A DNA stretch of 64,000 nucleotides from Ylistrum balloti (Eukaryota), in contig NW_026782651.1 in assembly GCF_031769215.1 (NCBI RefSeq), positions 186,001 to 250,000 of the forward strand, read 5' to 3'. Below the pieces are notes generated by a model that saw only the letters and a list, made by a program, of their open reading frames with translations, searched no databases and was not told the origin of the DNA. Of the stretch, positions 38,401-50,110 are shown piece after piece. The position numbers were made by a program, and so were the translations under genes. Each line of letters begins with the position of its first letter. The stretch's first letter is position 1.

Positions 38401-39705
38401 TGTTGTTTGAACTACAAACTGGTATCAGTACGACAGTGTTAGAGTGACATAAACTGGTATCAGTACGACAGTGTTAGAGTGACATAAACTGTGTTGTTAG
38501 AACTACAAACTGGTATCAGTACGACGGTGTTAGAGTGGCATAAACTGGTATCAGTACGACAGTGTTAGAGTGGCATAAACTGGTGTTGTTAGAACTACAA
38601 ACTGGTATCAGTACGACAGTGTTAGAGCGGCATAAACTGGTATCAGTACGACAGTGTTAGAGTGGCATAAACTGGTATCAGTACGACAGTGTTAGAGTGG
38701 CATAAACTGGTGTTGTTAGAACTACAAACTGGTATCAGTACGACGGTGTTAGAGTGGCATAAACTGGTATCAGTACGACAGTGTTAGAGTGGCATAAACT
38801 GGTGTTGTTAGAACTACAAAATGGTATCAGTACGACGGTGTTAGAGTGGCATAAACTGGTATCAGTAGGACAATGCTAGAGTGGCATAAACTGGTTTTGT
38901 TAGAACTACAATCTGGTATCAGTACGACAGTGTTAGAGTGGCATTAACTGGTGTTGTTAAAGCATGATCATTGCAGAATTGTAATGCTCCATATTTCAAT
39001 ACATGTTTATGAATAGCCATTTGTTATGTTGTACGACATGAGTAGTTATCATATAGATATGAATCGTCATGCTTTCCCGTCGTGGAAAATTCTTGTTGAG
39101 TCAATACTACTGCAGTGAACTTACTTTTATCAAAAGGATGCTGAATATAGTCGGTTCACTTCTGATAGGCAAGGCAGAGATTTAGCATAGACTTCCGGTA
39201 TTTAAACAGTGAATTAATACCAGGCGTATCTATTATTGTATAATAGATATTGAATTATATCTAAGTGAAATAAATTCCAGTATAGATTTTATTTCTGTTT
39301 GGAGGGGGAGGAGGATTAATTGTAATTAAACAGAGATAGGGACACAAGAAACCAAACAATCATTTATTCTCATAGACACCAGAACGGTATTTTGAAGATC
39401 AAGCCAGGTCTTCATGTCTTCCTATCGACAACATATCAATATTGTAAACAAAATGATTTTTTGAAATATCCTCCTTGTAAATCCGATTAATTTACTTCTT
39501 TTTCGAATCTTGTCCTCGTTTTAGCTATTTTTACATGTGGATTGTTCACGCATAAATAATTTCGTTTTCTTTTTTCTCTAATAAGTCAAGAACTAACTCT
39601 CAATAATAAAAAAAACCTGATCAACTGACCCACTCTGCTCTCGTAATCCAGGCAGTTCCCCACAGCAGCAAGAGTCAGTACGATCGCAAAAATCCACATC
39701 TTCAT
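35497..39705 (-). CDS. C1qDC-5: secreted C1q-domain protein, 206 aa, 4 exons
   Basis: Exons 39705-39630 (MKMWIFAIVLTLAAVGNCLDYESRV), 37039-36911 (coiled coil DALEQMLGEVQTKTVHQNKVIQKLKQQLE...), 36473-36247 (VAFFATR...IVFEDATVNVQNAYNNNTGVFTCPLTGLYEFATTI) and 35685-35497 (...FCTFSGHLIQMY). Phases are consistent; total 621 nt. Confidence 0.88.
37313..38960. repeat. Composite tandem repeat of 35-bp and 22-bp subunits in intron 1 of C1qDC-5
   Basis: Subunits aaactggtatcagtacgacagtgttagagtggcat and aaactggtgttgttagaactac alternate in higher-order patterns. Confidence 0.95.
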
Positions 39706-39869
39706 CTTGAAAGTGTAGAGAAACTGTATGAAGAATTATTTGTTCAGACAAGTACGATATAACACCAGATTGTTATACGTCCGTCTTATCAATGGACAGA
39801 GCATGTGTCCCAATTACTTATCATCTGTTCGCTAGATTGACCCATAACAGACCTGGACGAGGTACCATC

Positions 39870-42800
39870 ATGTCGGCGTTGTTCGTATTCGGATTGTTGA
39901 CATTGCTGTCCTTTGCGAGCTGCAACCAACTGGACTTGATTCAGCGCTTGGGTTTGTGTCTCGGAATAGTCTTGATGTATACAAACTGAAACGTTTTGTT
40001 TCCATGATTATGTGAATGCCATTAAGTAATTGTTGTTTCTAACTAGACTTCAGTTCAGTTGTCCTGTTGCCTCTAGCATTACTGACAAGTCATAGTTTAA
40101 TTCATTGATTTTAATTGCCGAATCTAATGAAAATAATAATAATTCACTTTTGTGCCTTTTGTACAATCCTTTTAAGTTTACCAAAACATACTGAGTTTTT
40201 ATTTTATTTACGTATGTTGTGCGATGTTTGTTACACATATATATATGGTACTCGATCTCATTAAACGTTTGTTGTTCGTAAAATTACCGTAACTTTGTTT
40301 CTATTTTTAAGACGATCTTGAAAATGAATGGCGCCAGGCTGAAGCTGTTGTGTCACAGCAGGCTAGTGAAATACAGTCTCTAACAGCCCAACTGCGAACC
40401 AGAGAAATTTCTGTTGGTCAACTCAAACACAGCATATGTAAGTCAGTTGTCACAAGCAATAAGAATGTTTAAACATAGAGAATTATTAGGGAAGCAAAAT
40501 TCAGAAAGTCCGTGGATAAAGCACAAAGCTAAGTAAACAACACATCCCCGGGATTTAGAGACTGGCTATCTATCGACTACACCCGTGTAAGATCAAACTA
40601 AACAACCTAATAACTTTAATTCAATATACGGTTCCAAAAACTTTTAAATGTCATTAACATTCTGACATACCAACAGAATCTCAATTCAAAGTCAAATCAA
40701 TGAAACGAAGGCAAAAACTGAACAGAGAAAAGACCAGAGATTCTCTTGCACAAGAGGCCTTATGGTCCTATATCGCCCATCTCTTCTGCAGCTTATATCT
40801 GTCTTCATAATTTTGAAATTTTGTTTTGGTAAATTTCATGTTGATATCGAACATTATACTGCGGGCTGTATAGGTATATATTGGAGTCTGGAGTAACCTG
40901 ATAGTCCTTCATTTCAGCGTAGAGCTGACCCCATATCATGAACCAGGGCATCTTGGTTATTGAGAAGAAATCATTCAAAGATTTTAATGCATTAATCCGT
41001 GCGACCTTGAAAATCGGCCAAAGTCATTCATTTGAGCAAATCTGGCAGTTCTTCGTTCAACATGTTACTGTTCCTAAATGCCGGCCTAGGATATCTTGGT
41101 TATACAACTGTGATATTAAAGGTGGATCAAGGTCATTCATTCAAACAAATCTGGTAGCAGTTACATGCTACAAGGCCAATATCATGACCTTTTGTATTCT
41201 GTTAATGAAGAGAATTTTGTTATATAGGGAAAGGTGTTCGTCGGACGGGAATGGTTTTTGACAGTCGAGCTAAACAACACATAATATCAAAAATATGTAC
41301 TCTGTAACAGTATTCTACTTCATAAACAACATCCGTCATGTACATCTTGGTTAATGTAAATTACTAATGTCACGTTCTCAAATGTGAACAATATCAAAAA
41401 CAGCGGAACCAACATGCACACTAAAGTCGTCCAAAATTGGAGATACATTCTGTCTCAACAATTTGTGGCACAGAAAGTCGGTAGCTTCGAAAAAAATAAA
41501 TCGAAAAATATTAACAAAGATGTTGGTGTATTATAGAATCAGTAAACGTTTTATGCACACAGAACTTTTACAATCATAACAGGGCTTCAGGTCAAACTTC
41601 CCTATTAAATATACGATTTTCGTTACAATATATGTGTTGAACTATAGAATTCACGGAAGTTAATTGGAGTGATCTCCCTTGGCTTGGTATATATCGTTAC
41701 TGCTGACTAACATTTTCTTTGTACAAGATCAGTGTCTAAAGCTGATATAGATAATTGTTGTAACTTTGAATTATTTTATCAATGTCTTATCGATTATTTT
41801 TCAGGTATTTTCGTCATCAACGGGGAAAAAAATTCGTTTTTTTTTTATGGAGAATTTGAATTATGTTAAAAACTTGTTCTTGTTATGACGTTTCATCACA
41901 TGTTTGCTACGTGGTTATACAGTTTCATTTTCGGAAACACAATAGTTCTCACGTAAATGTCGAGGGGTATCGAAGCAAATAAGTGATGTTTTAAAAATTA
42001 ATTGTAATGTTATTTGATGTAGCAAGACGCCAAGCTACTGACCAAATTTACGGATTCACGGCAAGACTTAGTCAGAAAATTGCCCACTTAAACACTCAAC
42101 AGGCCATTGTGTTTGACCAGGTACTCACCAATGTTGGGGCAGCATATGAGCCATCAACTGGCATTTTCGTATGTCCTTACAGGTAAATTATTTCATCATT
42201 TTTTATATTACTGTATTGTTTTACTTGCATTGATACATTAGAATGAAAAGTCAACTTATCGATCTTGTAAAAAGCAATGTCTAAAATACTGTATTATATG
42301 GTATGAAGAAGTCACCATCAAACCACTGAACGTCTGACAGACTGCATTTGATGTCGATATAAATGAGATATTGTTTTACCAATTAGTGGAATGGCGTCCG
42401 GAGTTAGATTCCTCTTATTTTAGAGAAACATTGTCGTTTTATATCCATAATTAACTATGTTATAACGAATATATAGGACGTTGACATAGAAACCTAAGTT
42501 CATGATTCAACAAACAGTTCATGAGTCATCTCGTGAGACATCCAAGCAGTTGAGTACCGCATCTTATAGTGTCATGTGACCGAGAGAGCATCATAGTCAA
42601 ATGAATGTGACAGAAATAAAAATAGATCGCTCTCTACACCCCTGGACCCATCCTTGATACTCCAGGGGTTATATCACTACCCATCCTCGATACTCCAGGG
42701 GTTACAATAACTTTCTCTCTTTCTACACCCCTGGGCCCATCCTCGATACTCCAGGGGTTACAATCACTTTCTCTCTTTCACACCCCTGGACCCATCCTCG

Positions 42801-44690
42801 ATTCTCCAGGGGTTACAATCACTTTCTTTCTTTCTACACCACTGGACCCATCCTCGATTCTCCAGGGGTTACAATCACTTTTCTCTTTCTACACCTCTGG
42901 ACCGATCCTCGATTCTCCAGAGGTTACAATCACTATCTCTCTGTACACCTCTAGACCCATCCTTGATATTCCAGGGGCTACAATCATTTTCTCTCTTTCT
43001 ACACCCCAGGACCCATCCTCGATTCTCCAGAGTTTACAATCATTTTCTCTCTCTACAACTCTGGAACCATCCTCGATATTGCAGGGGTTACAATCACTTT
43101 CTCTCTCTACACCTCTGGACCCAACCTCGATATTCCAGGGGTTACAATCACTTTCTCTCTTTCTACACCCCTGGACCCATCCTCGATTCTCCAGGGGTTA
43201 CAATAACTTTCTCTCTCTACACCCCTGGACCCATCCTCGATTCTCCAGGGTTTACAATCATTTTCTCTCTCTACACCTCTGGACCCAACCTCGATATTCC
43301 AGGGGTTACAATAACTTTCTCTCTCTACACCCCTGGACCCATCCTCGATACTCCAGGGGTTACAATCACTTTCATTTTCTCTCTCTACACCTCTGGAACC
43401 ATCCTCGATACTCCAGGGGTTACAATAACTTTCTCTCTCTACACCCCTGGACCCATCCTCGATACTACAGGGGTTACAATCACTTTCTCTCTTTACACTC
43501 TTGGAGTCATTCTTTTACTCCAAGACTATCGAGGATGGGTTCAGGGGTGTAAAGCAAAAACTATCATAACCCTTAGTGTATCGAAGAAGGGTCCAAGGAT
43601 GTAGAGCGAATATTATCGTAACTCTTGGGGTATCGACAATGGGTCCAAGGGTGTAGAGAGCGATAGTGGGCGTAACCCCTGGAGTATCGAGGATGGACCC
43701 AAGGGTGTAGAAAGAGAGAAAGTTGTTGTAACCCCTGGAGTATCGAGGATGGGCAAAGGGTGTAGAGAGCGATAGTGGGCGTAACCCCTGGAGTATCGAG
43801 GAAGGGTCCAAGAGTGTAGAAAGCGATAATGGGCGTAACCCCTGGAGTATCGAGGATGGACAAAGGATGTAGAGAGCGATAGTGGGCGTAACCCCTGGAA
43901 TATCGAAGATGGGCAAAGGGTGTAGAGAGTGATATTGGGCGTAACCCCTGGAGTATCGAGGATGGACAAAGGGTGTAGAGAGCGATAATGGGCGTAACCC
44001 CTGGAGAATCGAGGATGGGCAAAGGGTGTAGAGAGCGATAATGGGCGTAACCCCTGGAGTATCGAGGATGGACAAAGGGTGTAGAGAGCGATAGTGGGCG
44101 TAATCCCTGGAATATCGAGGATGGACAAAGGGTGTAGAGAGCGATAATGGGCGTAACCCCTGGAGAGGAGAATCGAGGATGGGCAAAGGGTGTAGAGAGC
44201 GATAATGGGCGTAACCCCTGGAGAATCGATGATAGGCAAAGGGTTTAGAGGGCGATAATGGGCGTAACCTCTGGAGAATCGAGGAAGGGTCCAAGAGGGT
44301 AGAGAGCGATAATGGGCGTAACCCCTGGAGTATCGAGGATGGACAAAGGGTGTAGAGAGCGATAGTGGGCGTAACCCCTGGAATATCGAGGATGGACAAA
44401 GGCATTTCATCGAAGGTTTCTTTATTATTTACAGTGGGTTGTACGAATTTGCAGCAACTATCGTTTCAAATGGTGACCAGAAAAATCTGGACGCTGAAAT
44501 AGTCAAGAACGGAAATCGATTAGCACGCCTTCATTCGACCATCTATGGATTTGACCAGGGGACACAGGTAGTCATCGTCCAATGTGAAGAGGGCCAGCGT
44601 GTCTGGGTACGCCATTTTGGGACTGCTGATACCCCCGTTTTGCCTGGTGGATACAGCACATTTGCCGGCCATCTTATCCACATCGACTAA
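39870..44690 (+). CDS. C1qDC-6: secreted C1q-domain protein, 207 aa, 4 exons, head-to-head with C1qDC-5
   Basis: Exons 39870-39951 (MSALFVFGLLTLLSFASCNQLDLIQRL), 40312-40437 (coiled coil), 42023-42182 (YGFTARLSQ...IVFDQVLTNVGAAYEPSTGIFVCPY) and 44435-44690 (SGLYEFAATIV...YSTFAGHLIHID). GT-AG with consistent phases; total 624 nt. Confidence 0.9.
40745..41270. mobile_element. Decayed non-autonomous interspersed repeat in intron 2 of C1qDC-6
   Basis: Begins caagaggccttatggtcctatatcgcccatctc, resembling the start of a common bivalve repeat as I recall it. Boundaries are approximate. Confidence 0.3.
42626..44402. repeat. Foldback structure: two oppositely oriented arrays of ~53-57-bp units in intron 3 of C1qDC-6
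   Basis: 42626-43510 repeats ctctacacccctggacccatcctcgatactccaggggttacaatcacttt. 43525-44402 repeats gggtgtagagagcgatagtgggcgtaacccctggagtatcgaggatggacaaa, a reverse-complement relative. The centre is a small palindrome, cttggagt...actccaag (43500-43524). Confidence 0.92.
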
Positions 44691-45837
44691 TAGATGTGAC
44701 GTCATTCATGCGTTAAATACATCATGGACCTTCGATATGGTGTTTACATTATTGTATTTACGAGTAAAATGTTTCAGTTATAAGAATGGGATTTGTGTAA
44801 TTATATATCTTTATTCACTTTAGCACGATGACTGATTTACCAAACACAACAAATATCTTGTCCTGGAGAATTTGCACACGAGAAGACAGTTTCAGTAACG
44901 TTCCTTAAAGAGATATTTCCGTCCAAGTTGCAAAATTTTTGGCTGTTCTGTATCTTTTAAAAACTCATTTTAATGACTTTAAAAACTATTGTTAGCATCA
45001 AAATGCATCTCTCCCGTGGTCAGTTTAGACAGGTGATATTGGTGGGAATACTTCTAGTCAAACCGTCTAAATATAGTGCATTGGGTAATCCGGACCTAAA
45101 CGTCACTGGATCATAAATTTTACGCAGAGCGCTTTCCCCTTAAAGTTTCTGCTAAGGTTACAATTTCATCACTTCAATAGGGTTATTTTCAGTTGGTATT
45201 ATATATGTATATATTATACACAAATGTCTGTACGGCTTCCGCAAACCTGTCATGACTCAATCAGGGCAGCGCGAGCGTTTGTAAATCGATCTCGCCAGAT
45301 CTATAGAGAATTTCCGCAAAATAAATACTATGTTTGTTTAAGTGTGCGGTTTCCCTATACATAAATAGATGGTTTTGTACAGTTTTCTTCAAAAGCATCC
45401 TATGGAATCCTAACTTGGTTGTAATGCCTCTCTAACTTGAGGTTCATTTTAAGAGAGCATTACAGATATACATTTAAAATATATTCTTTTACCAGCATTG
45501 CCTTCCTCTTACGAATTCCTATATGTAGCCAAACCATATTGGTATAAATTTGATAAACCTCCATGCGTGTAAAGTAACCTGTGTTGTATAAGGTGGGGTT
45601 ATTTCCCTTTGATTTTCCAGATATTTGGAATACGCTGTCCGAATGGTAATTTAGTAAGAAATAAGATAACAAGAAGGAGACATGTTATAAGTTTGAATGT
45701 CCTATTAATCCTCTCCTGCCAAGCATAACACCAGCTGCTACATAACATGGTGAAAGGGACAATGTTTACTAGATGGTCTGTGGTGGTAATGACGTCAAGT
45801 TAAACCTTAATCTCCCTATCTGCAAAAAGAAAGAAAT

Positions 45838-46537
45838 AAGTTGGAAAATATGCAAAGACGAGCAGCGAAACAAATACCAGGAATGAAAGACCTAAACTAT
45901 GAAAGCAGGCTAAGGATCCTTAAATTAACGAGATTGAGATACAGAAGATTAAGAGGAGATATGATTCAAGTATACAAATTAACACATGGAGGATATGATA
46001 GGGCTGTCGCTGAGGATTTCCTGACACAAAACAGTAACAAGATAACAAGAGGGCACAGTTTTCCACTATTAAAAAGAAGGAGCAGACAAAATCTGAGTAA
46101 GTATTCTTTCTGAGAACGGGTGGTAAACCACTGGAATTCACTTCTTACTGCCGTTTTAATGTCACCAACAATCAAAACTTTTGAATCTCGATCGGATAAA
46201 CATTGGAGGCAAACTGAATGTGTTCATAATCAGTTTTAAGAAATTTTCATGATGACGTCATAATATTACGACGTAGATAGTGGTATTGTCTTTAATTATT
46301 TTTCGAATAATGTTGGCTCTGTTCTCCACCATCTTAGTTGAAATATGATATAATATGTATGTATATTGTAACCCTATATGCTGTTGCATACGGAATAAAA
46401 TAAAATTGTAAAAAAATAATCATGAACTATACAATAACACACTGATCCATATTCGGGATTCTAATTCCTTTTAACTCTGATCTGGATATACAGGCTTAAT
46501 AAGCCTGCGTCCAGTATATTATTATCATTATTATTAT
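45838..46537 (+). mobile_element. CR1/L2-clade LINE 3' fragment
   Basis: LENMQRRAAKQIPGMKDLNYESRLRILKLTRLRYRRLRGDMIQVYK...FS(stop)RVVNHWNSL is the typical CR1 ORF2 C-terminus. It ends in an (ATT)n-like tail near 46517-46537. Confidence 0.85.
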
Positions 46538-46848
46538 CAAGATCTATGCGAAGCGGTGACGGTCAACTTGGCGAAATACTTGGTTTGAATAGGTCTGGTG
46601 AAAAAGTGCATTATTTCTAAACGACTTTCGCTTCGCAGATGTTAAGTGTCTGTCCCCGGTGTTATTGTTCTCAACTCTCGTTTCATGTAAATTGTTACCG
46701 TCTTATGCATTTTTGGTCTATAATCTGTTTACCATCTCGTCACACTATTTTCTACCTTAGTCTACATAGGATTATAGTACCGCCGAAAATGTTGGTCCTT
46801 GTCTTCCTATCTCGAACGTCTGTACTACTAGGACGTTCCACACTTGTT

Positions 46849-46890
46849 TTGTCTGATGAAGTTGACTGTGTAGTCATCGAAACGTCACAC
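46849..46890 (+). ncRNA. Candidate minimal hammerhead ribozyme (type I, palindromic ACGT stem III)
   Basis: CTGATGA 46853-46859; stem II 46861-46878 with one mismatch; GAAA 46879-46882; GTC cleavage triplet 46884-46886; 3-bp stem I (tgt/aca). Confidence 0.5.
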
Positions 46891-48045
46891 ACTAATTTTC
46901 TACTGGTTGTGTTATAAGATGAAGGTGACCGTTTAGTCATCGAAACGTCACACTCTAATCTTCTACTGGTTGTGTTATAAGATGAAGGTGACCGTATAGT
47001 CATCTAAACATCACACTATACTCTCCTACTGGTTGTGTTATAAGATGAAGGTGACAGTGTAGTCATCGAAACGTCACACTCTAATCTTCTACTGGTTGTG
47101 TTATAAGATGAAGATGACTGTGTAGTCATCGAAACGTCACACTCTAATCTTCTACTGGTTGTGTTATAAGATGAAGGTGACCGTGTAGTCATCGAAACAT
47201 CACACTATACTCTCCTACTGGTTGTGTTTTAAGATGAAAGTGACCGTGTAGTTATCGAAACGTCATACTCTAATGTCCTGCTGGTTTTGTTATAAGATGA
47301 AGGTGACCGTGTAGTCATCGAAACATCACACTCTAATCTTCTACTGGTTGTCTTATAAGATGAAGGTGACAGTGTAGTCATCGAAACGTCACACTCTAAT
47401 CTTTTACTGGTTGTGTTATTAGATGAAGGTGACTGTGTAGTCATGGAAACGTCACACTATACTCTCCTATTGGTTGTGTTATAAGATGAAGGTGACCGTT
47501 TAGTCATGGAAACGTCACACTCTACTCTTCTACTGGTTGTGTTATAAGATGAAGGTGACCGTGTAATCATCGAAACGTCACACACTAATCTTCTACTGGT
47601 TTCGTTATAAGAACAATAAGATGACCGTTTAGTCATGGAAACGTCACACTCTACTCTTCTACTGGTTGTGTTATAAGATGAAGGTGACCGTGTAGTCATC
47701 GAAACATCACACTCTAATCTTCTACTGGTTGTCTTATAAGATGAAGTTGACTGTGTAGTCACCGAAACGTCACACTCTACTCTTCTACTGGTTGTGTTAT
47801 AAGAGGAAGGTGATCGTGTAGTCATTGAAACGTCACACTTTAATCTTCTACTGGTTGTGTTATAAGATGAAGTTGACCATGTAGTCATGGAAACATCATA
47901 CTCTAATCTTCTACTGGTTGTGTTATAAGATGAAGGTGACTGTGTAGTCATCGAAACATCACACTATACTCTCCTACTGGTTGTGTTATAAGATGAAGGT
48001 GACAGTGTAGTAATTGAAACGTCACACTCTTACCTTTTTACTGGA
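46849..48045 (+). repeat. 63-bp tandem array (~19 units) derived from a minimal type I hammerhead ribozyme motif
   Basis: The first unit reads ttgt-CTGATGA-a-GTTGAC-tgtgta-GTCATC-GAAA-CGTC-acac. Later units keep stem II (GGTGAC/GTCATC) and GAAACGTC but have AAGATGA in place of CTGATGA. Confidence 0.85.
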
Positions 48046-49722
48046 GGTGTTATAAACGATTCTTTTCAAATGTGTTGTGTTCCTATAATTTTAATCCCAC
48101 TTTCATTAGCAAGGGAAAACGAAGTAAATTCGCTCGGCCGTTTTTACAGGCAATAATTACAGCCACCGTGCTACTAGTAACATCAGTTGTCGACGGTTTA
48201 AATAACAAAAAGTACTGAGCCATATAATTACTTAAAACTTCTGTTCTACGAAAAGTATTTCACTCGATAGACATGTCTTACATCGATCCCTAAATAATCC
48301 CTCCATAATGTGTTAGTTCTATTTATACATTCAATATCATGTAATATTGATGAAAGATAGCAAAATATATATCCTGTCCTAATTTCATAGATAGATCTAT
48401 CTTTCTCAAATGTTTGAGGGCATTTATATTTTCGCTTGTGGAAATGAAATATTTGCCTATAGACGTTTGGTACGTGTTAATGTTCTACAAACGTCGGCCT
48501 TACAGATAGTATACGTCATCAATGGTCACCACTGTATAGAGTGAAATATATATAGCACTTGTTGATAGTTCAATACATGTTTATGACAGGGTGTGGATAT
48601 TTGTGACAATTCATAGGGATCGTGTAAATATCAAGTATTGTTTCAGCGCCGGAGTTCTGATGTACTCATTCAGTGTTAACTGTACATAGTCTGATAGCCA
48701 TGATTAATTCAAGTCATTTTATCACCGCAAACTAATTATATTGATAATTATTGTTTCAAATATTATAACATGTGTTTCATCTCAATGGATGAAAGTAAAT
48801 TACCTCTGCAATGTAGGTTGTAGTTTGTAAATGATATAAAGGTACCACGTGACTTTATTAACTTATGGTTTCGAAAATGATTGTATTTTGCATTTAAGCG
48901 TGGGAATTGGACGTTTGCATTTATGCATTTGTTTTTCTTTTTAATTATCATCATTCAAAAGTTTGAACCTACAGACCTACATCATACATGACATCGAGAT
49001 GCATATTGTACCTCATTTCAACCTTGAAATCTGTCGGCAAAAAACCAAACAAGAAATAGTCCTAGGATTGTTGACCACACCCATCGGCTAACACTGTCTA
49101 CGATCTACCTGCTAACGTCTTCACATGTGACAGACACGTTTTTGTTTACTTTCTGAATCACTTATATCCTGAATTGACCTCTTCACAAACAAATCACAGG
49201 GATTTGGCGCGAATTAACAACCTTCGTTATGTTTTTGCATATCTACACAGAGGTCAGACTTTTTGCAAAGCTCCGGCGGGATATTCGTGGGTTTTTTTTT
49301 TATTGTATTTTTGTGCTGACTCAGCCTTCCCGCCGTAGCGAACTTTGTCACCTCACGTACGCTCTTGTCCCAGCCCACACGATACGTCGTGTTGGTCATA
49401 TTGAAATATTGATATTTCATAAGGGATTTAATTTCCTATATTCTGTATACATATCTTATAAATCCTTAAACTGATAGGCTTAGGATATTAAGCTTATTAT
49501 CAGCACAAACACATGACATAGAATCTCGATTTCTCCTCAAATACATACGAACGAATGTTGAATGCTATATAGGGATGTGTAGTTTCTATAAACCTTTAAA
49601 CTTGGTAAGTTAATCAGGGATTTTACTTCGGTCAAGATGCTATCATGTGTTTCATCGTAACGTCCGTCCGTCCATATGTCACTGTCGTGGACAGACATTA
49701 TAGTTTGTAATTTTGTGTATAG

Positions 49723-50110
49723 ATAGCTCGATATTCAAGAGTTTATTTCAGGGAACATGGGTTTTGCTCAAGCTGTCGACAACTGACAAACAAACTCACA
49801 ACACAGGGTTTTGAGAGATGTAGATTGATAAAAGATTATGTGGAGGTTTCGCTTTCATCATTATGATATCAAAAGGAACTATCCTACTTCTTTATTTGAT
49901 TTAAAGTTGGACGTGTTTGGCGCTTGAGAGAACATCTGTTGGTTCCATTGTAGCTTACACTGTTCTTATTTTGAAACGTGACATCATTTACTTATATTGA
50001 CGAGGATTCACATGGCGAGTGTCGTCCATTTAGCATGAGACGCTAACTCTTCCTGAACACCTGGTCCTATTCTCCTTTACTTGCCCTGAGGTTTACGTTG
50101 TCCTGGTTCG
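49723..50110 (+). mobile_element. Decayed Penelope-like retroelement fragment (RT C-terminal region)
   Basis: IARYSRVYFREHGFCSSCRQLTNKLTTQGFERCRL resembles the PLE-type RT C-terminal motif IRYARACS...RLLTNKLLKQGY. It is followed by gacgctaactcttcctgaacacctggtcc, a 3' motif I recall from such elements. Confidence 0.45.

Noticed and set aside
34168-38960. Regular repeats resembling CRISPR arrays
   Set aside because: No unique spacers and no cas genes, in a eukaryotic intron-containing context.
42963-44410. Several 150-300-aa His/Pro/Thr-rich ORFs
   Set aside because: Translations of the foldback tandem arrays inside an intron.
46752-47951. Ser/Thr-rich mucin-like ORFs on the minus strand
   Set aside because: Antisense translation of the 63-bp hammerhead-derived array.
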